A program made the translations under genes and the position numbers. Shown piece after piece: positions 1-11,908 of a stretch of DNA of 64,000 bases. The notes beneath the pieces are model-generated. The model searched no databases. It worked only from the letters and a program-made list of their open reading frames with translations, and was not told where the DNA came from. The stretch comes from Phoronis australis (taxonomy: Eukaryota; Animalia; Phoronida), in assembly GCA_002633005.1 (NCBI GenBank), contig NMRA01000314.1:158898-222897 (forward strand). The letters run 5' to 3'. The stretch's first letter is position 1. The number at the start of each line of letters is the position of its first letter.

Positions 1-853
1 CCCCCCCCCCCCCCAAGGCTGGGTGCGCGCGCATGATCTGACACTGGGTGGATAAAGACAGAGAACGACCGATGGACGGCGTTATAGTTCCGACCGTGAC
101 TGATCCGCAGTCGGATCGCTGTTAGTGTGCTGGTACATAACAAAATAATTGAAATGGTCGCCGGAGGCAATTTTCCATGAATTTTGCCGAAATTTTAATT
201 ATAATACTTTAATCTGACATTAATAGTAACAGTAAATTTCATGGATGACATCAATGAGAGCTCAGTTCAGTCTACTGATGTTCACTACCGGGGTGTAGAG
301 GCTCTTCAGTGTTGCGGTCATTGTCGCGTGAAATACAAATGTACCCGACGTGAAATAGTGTACTCGGCTGACCTTGCACGTGCGCAGATTTGACAGATCA
401 TAGAACTGCAGAAAAATAGCGTACCATGGGCATTATGATACTTTCTTGAGAGGTATTTTAGGATTTAAGAACTTTCGTAAAGGCTTTCATGAATATTCTT
501 TATATTTGATAAGACTCAACACGATACTAGTGACAGTCTCCCGTGAAATAAGGTCCTCTAACAATTCCCAGTTCCGGGTACGTTTAAGTTCCTTGACGTA
601 CCTGGAAAACAGATATTATAGTTAGTAAATGAGTTTGATGAAATCTATAACGAATTGTCATCCAGACCCGTAACCAGGATTACGCAAAGGGTGTATTTCT
701 AACAGTGAACCTTTTGATGATATTTAGCAAAATTGGCGTGCCCATCACTTGTTTTTCAGGAGTAACCTTAAAGATCCCAAGACGTCATGAGTGATGTTTT
801 GAATACATTATTGTCAAGAAAAAAAAACAGAACAAGAGCCAAGGTACAGTACA

Positions 854-2492
854 TTTTTATGCGCCTACATATTCATATGTGTGTGCATATTGCCGTCATC
901 GTCTGTCTGGGCGTCCGGGCGGTCTGAGCGTCCGGCGTCCGCGGCTGTACCCTAAACCTCTTGCAGGATCTTCAGTACTGAAATTCGGCAGGTGTGTTTC
1001 TATGGGGTTGACGACAGAGGGCGAAGAGTTTCGGACAGACCCAAATGCCGCTGTGCCCCTTAGTGTCATGTTTAGTTTTTTTATGTTTGCGTTTGTAGCT
1101 AAGTTCAAAGGCCAACCAATTTGCATGAAATTTGGCACATAGGTATCATGAGGTGACGCTATCGGATGGATTCAAGGCATTTTGTGCCATCTAGAGGCCA
1201 TTTTAGATATTTTCTAGTCCGTTTTTGGCGTCCGCCCCTCTGTCAATCAAACCACTCTAGGGATGATTCGAAAATTGGCACAGTATGTTCTTACTATGAA
1301 GAGAACGGTTCACGATAATTATCCGACTTCGACTACTGTGGCGCCCCCTAGTGGCAGTGTTGTTTTTTTGCGTCCATGGCAGTATCTCCTAAACGTTCTA
1401 CAGGAACTTTATTAAATGTAGCAAATGTGTTTATATAAAATTGACCACGGACGACGACGATTTTCGGACTGATCGGACTACAGGCGTGCATCCTAGTGGC
1501 AATTCCATTTTATACGTTTACCTCTGTATCTTCAAAGGTTATCGATTGATTTCAATAAAATTTGGCGCATAGGCATCTATTAATGAGGTGACGCCATCCT
1601 CCCATTTTCGGATGGATTCGAGGTATTTTGCGCCACTTAGTGGCCATTTTTACTGTTTAGACTGTTTTTCAAGGTACCTAAACTACACTGTCAACGGACT
1701 CATAAATTCACGAGGAAACACGGTTAACTGACCGCCAAACACGGGTCACGGACATACATGTAATGAAGATGTCAGCTGACCCAAGAAGCCGATGAGTCCG
1801 TGACCCGTGTTTGGCGGTCCGTTAACCGTGTTTCCTCGTGAATATGAGTCCGTGTCCCGTGTATTTGGGTGCGTGGATCGGTTTTTGTGAGTCCGTTCCC
1901 GGGGTCAGTGGACGGTGTTTGCCGCAGGTCCGTGAGTCGTGTTCATGCGTCCGTGCCAGTGTTTATGAGTCCCTTGACCGTGTAGTTTAGGTACCTTGTT
2001 TTTGTCGTCTGCCCTCTGTCAACCAAACCACTCTTAGGATGATTGTGAAAATTGGCTTATGTATTGTTAGTGTGAAGAGGACGGTTGATGATAATTTTCC
2101 GGCTTCAATTACTGCGACACCTCCAAGTGGCAGTTTTTTGCGCCCTTAGCTGTGTCTCCTAAGCCCTCTGCAGAATGTTTATTAAATTTAGCAAGTGTTT
2201 TTATATCATGACGTTGACAACCGAAGACGACAACTTTCAGACGGATCCGATGAACCTTTGTCCCCTATAGTAGCAATTTCATTGTTTCCGTTTTGCTAAA
2301 GTTTCTCAACTGACTTTCATGAAATGGGTAAATAGCCTTCTGTTAAAAAACGGTGACATTTTTCAGTTTTTTGATGAATTCAAAATATTTTGCACTGCCT
2401 AGTGGCCATTTTTATGATACAAATAAACACCCTAGAAAAACACCGTTTGCATTGCATTCGAGGGCACATTTCAACGCCCCGCGTTGCTCTTG
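854..2492 (+). mobile_element. Helentron-associated non-autonomous element (HINE/DINE-1/pearl-like) with internal tandem array
   Basis: 5' T-run, ATGCGCC subterminal repeat with hairpin, (GTCC/GTCT)-type microsatellite, ~145-bp internal repeats, then 3' GGGCACAT, hairpin CAACGC-CCC-GCGTTG and CTCTTG end. Confidence 0.7.
1670..1998. mobile_element. MITE nested in the HINE
   Basis: Perfect 19-bp TIR CAAGGTACCTAAACTACAC; TTTTT on both flanks (5-bp TSD); long inner inverted repeat ~1695-1852. Confidence 0.85.
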
Positions 2493-2995
2493 CTTGTATA
2501 TATTGTAAGTTCAATTTTTAGTACTTTGTGCATTGACACGACGTGAAACACATCAGGTTGATATGCTTTTAAATTTCATCTGCCCGGGATTTATCTTCTC
2601 TGTTAGTTCGTGTTATATTGTGGACATAGATCAGCGCCAGTATGACTACTCATATATTGTCTTGCGCGCATGACCTCGTAAGCATTGTGCCTTGTTGTCC
2701 AAAGTACAACGAGTACGGCACACACGAAAAGAGGGAATTTTCCACAGGATTTGGATTCTTCGGTTTTTGTGTGCTTAATTCAATCAGAAAATGTTTTCTC
2801 TTTGGACTGCTCATAAAAGTAAACAAAGGTGTTTCTCATTTCCTGTATCGAGCTATAACTGAATGATACCTGCGTGTTCTCTGGCCCTACCGGACACGCA
2901 TGGAGCCAGCGAGTAATTATCTACATTGTTAAGACTTACACCTTTACGAATCGGAATCACGCCACATGCCAACCATTTCTTCGGGAAACAACCAC

Positions 2996-3915
2996 TAAGT
3001 AAGCAAGTAAGTAAGTAAGTTAGTAAGTAATTTTTTATTATAGTGACATGTGTTCAAATGAATTTAAACAATGAATACGTTGCAAACACTAGGAACACCC
3101 AGCCCTCCACGGGGCTTATAAGTCACTTTAGATACATGATACAAAAAAGAAAAGACAAGCGCATTGCAAGAGGACCAGAAAGAGAAGGCCGAGATAAAAG
3201 TGATCATAAATAAATATAATTTTTCCTTACTTCAAAAATATTTTTGACGAAAACTGAAGTTTTTCTAGTAACATCTTTGTGCATGATTGTAATTAATTTC
3301 CTTTCACAGCTTTCTGCACGGAATCGTGGACATTTAATCTCAACTTGACAATAAAAGGTGTTTCTGGCATCTAAGAAAAACGGACACTCAAACAGAAAAT
3401 ATAGTTCAGTTTCGATCTGACCAGTGTGACAAAGACAGCAAATTCTGTAATCACAATCTAGAGAACGAAAACGCCCAACCTCAACCAATAGCTGTAGGGT
3501 TCCGGTTCTAATTTGAGCAAGAATTGACCTACTAGGCCGAGTTAAGTCTAAATGCACGCAAGGATCAACTTGAAAGACATTCTTCATCAAAACATAGGTT
3601 CTTAACTTTGGTTTCGAACGGCTTTCAAACAACCACCTATTACAGGCTAAATCATGCAAAATATTCTTACAGTGAGACAGATTAACTGAACGTAAGTCAT
3701 GAAAACAATCCGAAATCCTTACTTCTTCAAAAATGCTCAAGACTTCAGACGACCAATTATTAGTACAAGTAGTGTAGTCCCACCAAAATATTCGGTATGT
3801 TAGTCTATCATCCTCGAAATTAATAATACGATTCCACATTCTCAAAAGCTCAATTTTCCGCCTAACACTGGGGAATTCCCACCCAATGTCACCCATAACA
3901 GCATAATCAGGAGCG
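2996..3915 (-). mobile_element. 5'-truncated CR1/L2-group LINE: ORF2 C-terminus (3204-3896), 3' UTR and (CTTA)n tail
   Basis: KPKLRTY, GRF...RICCLC...IETE..FLFEC motifs typical of LINE ORF2 C-termini; AATAAA followed by a (CTTA)n microsatellite on the minus strand. Confidence 0.8.
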
Positions 3916-4523
3916 CTAATTGAAGAGGTTACGTAACATCCCAGACAGAGTTTCCTCGAAGTTCATTGCATATTCCGCCTAATCCGGGTGATTTGCCACT
4001 GTATAAATTGTCAATTCTCTTCTCGACGACCTCTTGCAAAGTAATTTAGTTAACAAGGATATCGTTAGTAACTTACTTGAACATCATGAATAGTTCCGTT
4101 TTCATCGCCAATTCTAAACTTGCATATTAAGATGAGAAATGATCGTCAATCGTCAAACGCATAAGCACTCTCTGCAGACTAATGATATCCAGGAGTATTA
4201 TTCGAAATCAAAATATCCCAGAATTTTTTCGAATCTTTTAGACTGGAGTCCAATGCCGATTGTTCTGAAACACCCACGACACCCCACGACTTCCTCGACT
4301 CCCTCGACCCACGACCCCCTCATCTCAGTACGGCAATAAGTAACTTCAATTTGGGTTTTTTATTCATTTCATCATCATATTACGTCGCTGAGTAACATTC
4401 CCATAAGATTTACGTTCACGAATCTCTGCTGGCTCAAGACTGGTCGTTAAAAATAGTTAGTGGCGTAAGAACATGATTTGAAATGGCGGATTGTGATTGC
4501 ACTATCGTTGTCATGGCAATAGT

Positions 4524-4851
4524 TAGCCTTGGTGCAAAACTTCCTTGATTAAACTAAATTATTTACCGGCGTTGGATAAGTTTGCGTTATACCGTTATTT
4601 GGCTGCTAAAATTGTACCCCCAGTCTTTGTTCTGTCTCATGGGAAGAAGTTTTGCCGATACTCGTGATATTTTACTTTTGGAATGTCGACCCTTCGTAGT
4701 AAATACGCAGTAATTTGCGTAATGTGATCTTACTCCGAGGGACCTATGTCCCCCATAGGACAATACTCCAAAATAATATGATACCAAACTCAGTTTAATT
4801 TCCTTGTTCTAGTAACTGAAGGGCCGTTACTCCGAAAAAGCCACCAAGCTA
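4524..4851. mobile_element. Short element with TAG...CTA termini (possibly Academ-type non-autonomous)
   Basis: TAGCCTTGGTG ... CACCAAGCTA imperfect TIR; similar termini at 31953-32351. Confidence 0.4.
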
Positions 4852-5319
4852 TACGTTCAAAAAGCTCAAAACAACGAGCCATTGTTTGCCATGCAAACTG
4901 TGATTTTGTGAATTGCACTCAAAAACGGCAGTCACTTTAACTGGCGATTTTCATCGAGAACATGGTAAGTTTATGAATAAGCCTGGGACGCAAATTATAG
5001 ATTCATGTTCACATTCAGAAACGAAACATTGGACATTTCGAGGACAGTGTGCAATTTTGAGGTTGTTTAGTATTTGGAATTTCTTCTTCATTACCACACC
5101 GACAAGACTAGAAGAAAGGACCCACACATTATTGCATATATGAAATTTGGACTTGACATGACAATCGTAATTTAACGATAGACTGATGGCTCCATAGGCT
5201 TTAGTTGATAAAGGACGCTAGTTGGTTAAATTTACTCGCATTGTATTGGGACAGCGCCCGGATGTTCACGACTACGGCTTACGGTGAAGCAATATAAACA
5301 TTCATGCAACTGGTGATTT

Positions 5320-5410
5320 CTGGCTAGCCGACTACGAGAGACGCTCTGTACTCGAGATCCAACACCGCAAACACGACGTTCTTTAGGAGCATATTTAACT
5401 ATATTACAAG
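5320..5410 (+). other. Putative non-coding first exon (5' UTR) of MFS gene A; 5' boundary approximate
   Basis: Ends in a strong donor ACAAG|GTAAGA. The block and donor are conserved at 21870-21962 upstream of paralog B. The next exon starts AG|ATG, so an upstream UTR exon is required. Confidence 0.6.
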
Positions 5411-5656
5411 GTAAGAGCCATTTTAATACACTGCTGTGGACGTCGATACTGAAGAAAAATTACAGCAGATGACAGAGGCCATATTTTTTTGTTTTTTTTT
5501 TATTTATTATTTCATGGCACATAATTTTAGAGTTTAGGCACGATGTCTAACAATATTTGTTACCTCCAAAAAGTGTATTGCTTAGCAATCAAAACCATTA
5601 GCTGTCGGGTTTTCAAAGCGCAATTGGCCACATAAGAAAGTGCGTCTTGTCTATTA

Positions 5657-5797
5657 CATGGACGGCGCACCATAGGGGGTTTGGGGACTATAGTTCCCCA
5701 CTTTTTTCAATGCTGCGCCGCCCATGGTCCATGGGCAGTGCACCACAAGGGGCTGGGGAACTAAAGTCCCCCTTTTTTCAGTGCTGCGCCACCCATG
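5657..5797 (+). mobile_element. Dimeric GC-rich MITE (CATGGGCG...CGCCCATG family), copy 1
   Basis: Two ~70-bp head-to-tail units; absent at the paralogous site (~22200); related copies at 8357 and 21474. Confidence 0.75.
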
Positions 5798-7097
5798 CTT
5801 TATAATTACATGTATGTCCACTGGCCCGATATTATTCGCGGGACATTTTTGAGACTCCGTAAGGTTAAACAACAGAAAAATAACATTTCGCAAAAAACTC
5901 GATTTACGCTCAAAACAGCATTAAACCCATGCCATCTTTCCAAAATAATTACTGATTTAGTCACTCAATTTAAGAACAATCTGTTAGCTCGGAACGAAAT
6001 TACAGTTCGCTATTGCATGAAACCAGCCTCAAAAATTCGCAGGTCATGGCGTGAACGTTTCAGCAAAGACTACAAATTTCAAAATACTGGATCTTTTAAG
6101 GTGAATCAATATAACCGGCATTGTATTTCTGACAAGGTGGCACTCAACACTTTTTGCTGATCTTTGGCTTGAGAAATCAGATGTATTATGTAGCCAACAA
6201 AACCTGGAAATGCTGACAACATACTGAACCAAAGACATCAAACGCCCTGCATGTAGTCTATTGAAAACTGACTTCAAAGTCAATATTTTCACCTGTCGTC
6301 ACTCACTCAATAGTCATAATGATGAACACACGCAGACACCATGCACTCATTGAATATCACTTAGTTTTGGACAACATGGGTAAAATTTAACCGTCTATCT
6401 CCAAATCTATCAAGGTTCACATTCTGTCCAAAAATGTGTTTCTCAGTGGTATAAATAATGTTTAAAATGTCTGGCTTGAATCAAAATTAAATTTGTTGAT
6501 GAAAATATATCGTTGATTCTTAAAAAAATTCGAGCTCTCGTTATTGTTTCACCACAGTGACTATCATTGAAGGGAAATTTAGAATCATTAATCTAGTAGC
6601 CAGAAATGGATATTTGGTTTAAGATTTGAGAATTTTGCATACTCATCAAATAAGTTTGAAGTGCATCTGAGAGAGTTATCGAGTTATTGATTTCGATAGC
6701 TTTAACAAAGGTGTTCAATCTAGTCATCAATCGCAGTGTTTCTACGCAAAATAAAAATACATTCGGAGACACGGGGTCTCCTTAATTGTTTACAAACCCT
6801 AGAGTTCTCAAAAAATGACATTACATTTTTAACACATCTATGCAGGTTTACGAACCCCAGTGGAGAATATGTGCCTACTTTTGTAGATTTTCGAAATGAA
6901 AAAAAAATCTTAATGTATCGTGGAGAAATTTCCATGACAAGGAATCAAATGCTTTTTCAAAATGGACCACCGTAAGTAGACCAGGGACGGCGTATTACAT
7001 TAAATTTCCCCAATATATCTTACCCCTAAAAACCCTTTCTGATTCAGATAGTCCAGAACTTTCGTTTCAGCCATAGAAGCAGACAAAAGTTTGTAAC

Positions 7098-7294
7098 TAG
7101 TATAAGAATCAATAAATCTATTACTGGACTTACGGTACGTGGGCGCTGAAGAGAATCCCGCGGAAACTGTACAAAACTCACATGACAAGTCACGTGACAA
7201 CTCAGTGGCCTGATGAAGTCCTCGAGAGGAGGACGCAACGTAGCCATATCCACGTACCGTAAGTCCAATAATAGATTTATTGATTCTTATACTA
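7098..7294. mobile_element. MITE/foldback element with ~45-bp TIR
   Basis: TAGTATAAGAATCAATAAATCTATTACTGGACTTACGGTACGTGG is matched by its reverse complement (1 mismatch) ending at 7294. Confidence 0.8.
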
Positions 7295-8356
7295 TGACCC
7301 AACTGGATGACTGAAAACATTCATCGTTTGTAACTAGTGTTTAAGAGATGTTACAATAGTATTTTACGTGATAACTTTCAAGTCAAGATTATTTTGATTT
7401 TTTCACCCACGTCAGTGACTTTCACGGAGGTACTTTGGAGGTGGAATGAATTTGCATAAACTATGCAAATTAAGGCAGCCATTGTTGACCATTCTACGTG
7501 CGGTTACAGCTGCGCTATAGGGGAACACATGTCAATTATATTTGTTTCTGTCGTCAATTGATTTAATGAAGTTTAGATTACAGACTGCTAAATGATAAAT
7601 TTGCACAATTTATGGAAATAAAGACCTCCACTGTTTAAAATTGTGTTTCTGCTCATAAGTTCCTTACGTGGCACTAAATGTAAATTATTTTGAACTTTGA
7701 ATCCATATTTTTTGCAGATGATTGCATTATAAATTTGCACAATTTATGTAAATTGTGATCAACATGAGTAGTTTGATTCATCTTCTGGTTACACACGACT
7801 CTGGGTGGTTTATTGACCTTTGCGTGCTGCACCATCTGAACCAACATCTGACATCACTTCCAGTAAGGGGCTGCCAGCATGCTGAGTTATTCTATTAGAA
7901 GTCACTAAGATCGTTCATCGAGTTATTCACAATTACGTCACCAAGCTTAACAAGCTTTAAAGGCCTGCTTGGAAAGTTTCCAAAACCAACAGCAGATAAA
8001 CAACCTGGCATATTTAAAATATCGCCTTCTTTTCGTTAGTTTAGCAGATATTTGTTTGCATAAAAGTGACAAAACTTGGCAAAATCTACATATGTCCGTA
8101 TACGTTCATTTTGACATCAAAATCATTTGGAATAATGGTGGTCATTATTTGTATAAATTATGCACATTTCTGATGCAATAGGCTACAGACGGGTCACATT
8201 GAAGTAATTGACCATAGAACCATGGGTGCAAATGTTAATAACATTTTCTTGTTGCACTTGGTACCCCAGCTATAAATTATGATGACCTTACTGTGGTCAT
8301 TTCCTGGCCTCATATTGCGTTTTTTGTGATGTTCTCAGTCACGTCTACGGACATAC

Positions 8357-8499
8357 CACTGGGCGACGCACCATAGGGGGGTGGGGGGAGGGCTATAGCC
8401 CACTCACTCTCATGCTGCGCCGCCCATGGTCTATGGGCGGTGCACCAAAGAGGTGCTGGGGGATATACCCCCAGTTTTTTCAGTGCTGCGCCGCCTATG
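8357..8499 (+). mobile_element. Dimeric GC-rich MITE, copy 2, with 5-bp TSD (hAT5-like)
   Basis: CATAC on both flanks; empty site in paralog B near 44360. Confidence 0.78.
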
Positions 8500-8557
8500 C
8501 ATACATGTAATGCATGTTTTCTTCCTAATTTCATAAAGCTCTGATTTGTCTTTGCAG

Positions 8558-8689
8558 ATGAAGAATTACAAAGCTATACGTGAGGAAACGAGTGACGATA
8601 TATTGCTTGTCAACAACCACATGGCAAAGTTCTCCACGAAGGCAGACCTAGTAACAATGGCCGCTTCTCTGCTTTCAAATTTTACTTTG
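8558..8689 (+). CDS. MFS transporter gene A, first coding exon (MKNYKAIREETSDDILL...SNFTL)
   Basis: Acceptor tttgcag immediately precedes ATG; phase-0 donor TTG|GTGGGT joins in frame to 10914; paralogous exon at 44406. Confidence 0.8.
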
Positions 8690-8726
8690 GTGGGTGTGCG
8701 TGGCCTCCCAGAAATAAAACAGTTAC

Positions 8727-9445
8727 CATTTACTTCACCGGGTCACGCAGACGTAAACTGGGTGAGGTCTAAGCCTGCGAGAACAAAATGGCGGGGGATT
8801 GATTTGTCGTTGCCGCTGGGAATGAAATGAAGCGAAATATAACTAGGCAAGACCTTCCATTGTTCCATTAGTGCACAAGCTGCGAGTCATTGCTGCCACA
8901 CGCAACAACTATTTTGCCCCCATACCGAAAATTATTTTTCTCATTCAGACATCCATGAATTTCCTCCAAATTTCCGCCTTTTTGATTATTCATTTCGGAG
9001 ACCTTCAGCTCTGTTTGTTGTCAGAAATACATTACATACTTTTGTTGTGAGTTTGAGACACAGGGGAACACTAGCCGAGGGTAATTATCACTGAAAATTA
9101 AGAAATTTTAAATATTAAAATAAAATAAATATTTAAACAAAATGAGTCAGTTACAACGCATTACCTACAAGTTAAAAAAATCCATTAGGGATGCGCACGA
9201 GACAGATGAGGGCGTAACACACACTAAACACTTGACAGTAGCAGCTACAGGCGCAATCACAGCTGGTCCAAACCGACAGGATGAGTCTGAATGTACTAAG
9301 CCCCTTCACCTCACTCATCGTCCGCTGTAGGGTCGAGTTTCAGGGAATTCTGCCCATATACCATGTGTGCACATAGTGCAGGGTGCCACCAAACCTTAGA
9401 TCGCACGGGGAGTCTCAAACCTCAAAGAGGTCCCCATTAAACCTG
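8727..9445 (-). pseudogene. Decayed antisense exon-like blocks nested in gene A intron 2 (8727-9090 and 9165-~9445; EGF-like remnant)
   Basis: Minus-strand aattttcag acceptor at 9091 and GTAACT/GTAATG donors; conserved in paralog B (44637-45350); consensus F(N/I)GDLCEVRDSPC...GGT; in-frame stops in both copies. Confidence 0.4.
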
Positions 9446-10913
9446 GGGTTTATTGGGAGTGTCGGTCGGACTTCGATCGGCGTTAAAAGATTACCAGTTG
9501 AACTGCTTCGACGGGCAAAAGGTATTACGTGACGCAGTTCGACGTAGATCGTCTTTGGTCATCGGCTGCGGCGATGGATCGATGCTCTTGCCGATGTGTT
9601 CATGGTTGTCTTCGGGCACGTTGGTTTAGTATAAGTTTCGCATAATGTCGTGATCAAACATGGAGCGCCGTTCAGTCTTTCCGGCTGATTGAGTTTGAAG
9701 GACATTTTTCGGATCGGGAATTATGTAGCAGTCTCACTTGAAAGATGTAAAGGCGATGCTAAAGCGACGTCGATGCATCTACCGGTCATTGGCTGAACAT
9801 CGAGCAATGGCCGCCGACATTGATCCGACCAATTGTAATCGGCCGGTTGTATGTCAGTCATCGGTCGATTGCGAGCGGATATCAGTTAGAGAAATAGCAC
9901 CGTCAGGTAATCTGCCGACGCCTTGCGATTGTGAAATCTGTCGGAGATCTGAAAGATTTGAAATTTGCCGTATGATGCACCTATTGGTTATTTCTGACAC
10001 CAAAAGCCCGAAAATCTCCCCAAGATTGTTCAGCTGTCGGCTGATATAACCATTTTGGTAAGTCATCAGATCGGCATCCGAAGCTTTTTGTATTCGCTGC
10101 ATTGGATCACCGCTACTCGACGAGGGTGATCGTGCTGGCGTCGCGACAAAAGTCATGCAGCAACTTAAGAAGGGGAGAGCGTTGTCTAATAAGTGACCAA
10201 GGTATACAACGCTATATACTGCTATGAAGTGCATGTGTCAGTAACTGATACAAAACAGAACTGAAAAGCGATGCTGAGTCCAAATACACGTTCACACAAA
10301 CATTCTGTAGGCCGCTGTATTATGTTCTTATTCACAAATAGCAAATGACACTGTGCCTGCTGAAGACACCATCTAGATGGGTTCCCGCAAGAAAATGGAA
10401 ATACGGGCAACTGCTATTCCATTATCGAGAGATCGGGAGAGTTGGTCTTGTGTCTGCGTCAAAATTCTGCAATCAGTACACCACATAGCTGGCAAATTCA
10501 CGATTTTTCGGATAACTGAGAGAAGAAAGGCATGTTTTCATTCATAGCATATCGACGGTTCATCGGGCTATAATATCGGGACGGTGATCGCCAGACGAAC
10601 TCTTTATTGCCGGGCAGTTTTATAAGTTAGTCCACGACAACGGACATCGCCCGACGACCGGTCAATTCGCACTCAATTCCTTTCTCGGTGACACGTAAGG
10701 TAAACATCGGTTGAACCATTTCTCCGAATCCGATTAGATACATCGCACGATCTTGCTTGTCTATCTGAACAGTACATAACCGACCATAGGCCGATATGTC
10801 ATGACGAGCGATAGTAAATATTATGCACGTATTATAAGAAATTTTTGTGCTGTCTTGCTGAAATTCGGCTATGCCTGGTTTTATGTGTGATACGTCGTTT
10901 TTTGTCGTTGTAG

Positions 10914-11199
10914 GCCATGTTATGTTTTTCCTTCGGACCATTTCTACCTGATCTGTTTCAAATAACTCAAAGCGCAACAGGAAATTCTTGGTATATCCTC
11001 GTGCCGTTTTCAACAGGAATGGTTATAGGAACGTTTGGAGCAAGATACCTCATATCTGTGATAGACGCCATTCTCCTGTTAAGTATCTTGATCGTCACCC
11101 GAGCGACCACCATAGTTGTTATCCCATTGATTCAAGTAATACAAATAACGGGAGCAATGTTCTTCGTTTTTGGCTTCTTCGCAGGAGCATCGGAAGTAG
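10914..11199 (+). CDS. MFS transporter gene A, second coding exon (AMLCFSFGPFLPDL...GASEV)
   Basis: ttgtag acceptor and phase-1 G|GTAAGA donor; hydrophobic helices; GPFLPDL resembles the GPTLLDL motif after TM1 of MFSD4-type transporters; same 286-bp length in paralog B. Confidence 0.88.
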
Positions 11200-11239
11200 G
11201 TAAGAACCGGGTAGAAGGCGGAAGGGAGGGAGACGGGGA

Positions 11240-11406
11240 CAGTGCTGTAGTGGTAAAATTAGAAGTAAGTAGGCGCTCAATGTCCACCGTATCACCTTGA
11301 GCACTGAATACTGAATTCGTAACTTACGGGGCGTAGGCGCTGCGTTTAAATGCCCAAAAAGGTGGTTGGCTGCGCCTACGTGCGCCTACGCCCCACTACA
11401 GTACTG
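11240..11406 (+). mobile_element. hAT-type MITE 40 bp downstream of a gene A splice donor
   Basis: TIR CAGTGCTGTAGTGG; degenerate 8-bp TSD gacgggga/ggccggga; absent in paralog B; sister copy at 23339. Confidence 0.85.
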
Positions 11407-11414
11407 GGCCGGGA

Positions 11415-11908
11415 GAAGGGAAGCCAGAGACATCCATAATTCTTCTTTAACCACCACACAATGTTGTGGTCCTGGCTCATTGTGAATGTCACTTTTTCCC
11501 AGTGGATGGAACCGGCACAGGTCGTCATTGGTTTCACCATTCAGAACACCTCAGGTATTTTCCGTAGATACTTTTCCAGCTGTGGCCCTGTGAAATGACA
11601 CGAGGACGCTGTAACAGAGTCAGGTAAAAATAGTTTAAGTCAGCGGTCGTGGCATCAACTTGATTCCGTTTCGAATTATTCAAATGAAAATGAAAATGTG
11701 ATCTCTTGGCACAGTAGTAGGTTAATGGAGATAAGTAGTGAATTGGTTAGAAAACACCGAATGCTCGATACCACCCAGCAGGCCTGTAGCATAACGGACA
11801 GGCTCGTGCCTTGTATAGACTCAAAGTACTCTCCCTTGAATCCGATCCGATTGTCACGCTGAAATACACCGTTGCCAAGGTTAACCAGGCCTTTTGCCAG
11901 TCATAATC
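11415..11908 (-). pseudogene. Decayed antisense exon-like blocks nested in gene A intron 3 (EGF and C-type-lectin-like remnants)
   Basis: Minus-strand catttcacag acceptor at 11588; reads ...NEPGPQHCVVVKEELW; the upstream block reads KPGYPGNGVHFS in paralog B; frameshifts and stops present. Confidence 0.4.

Noticed and set aside
3204-3896. 230-aa ORF as a host gene
   Set aside because: Its motifs and microsatellite tail mark it as a truncated LINE ORF2 end.
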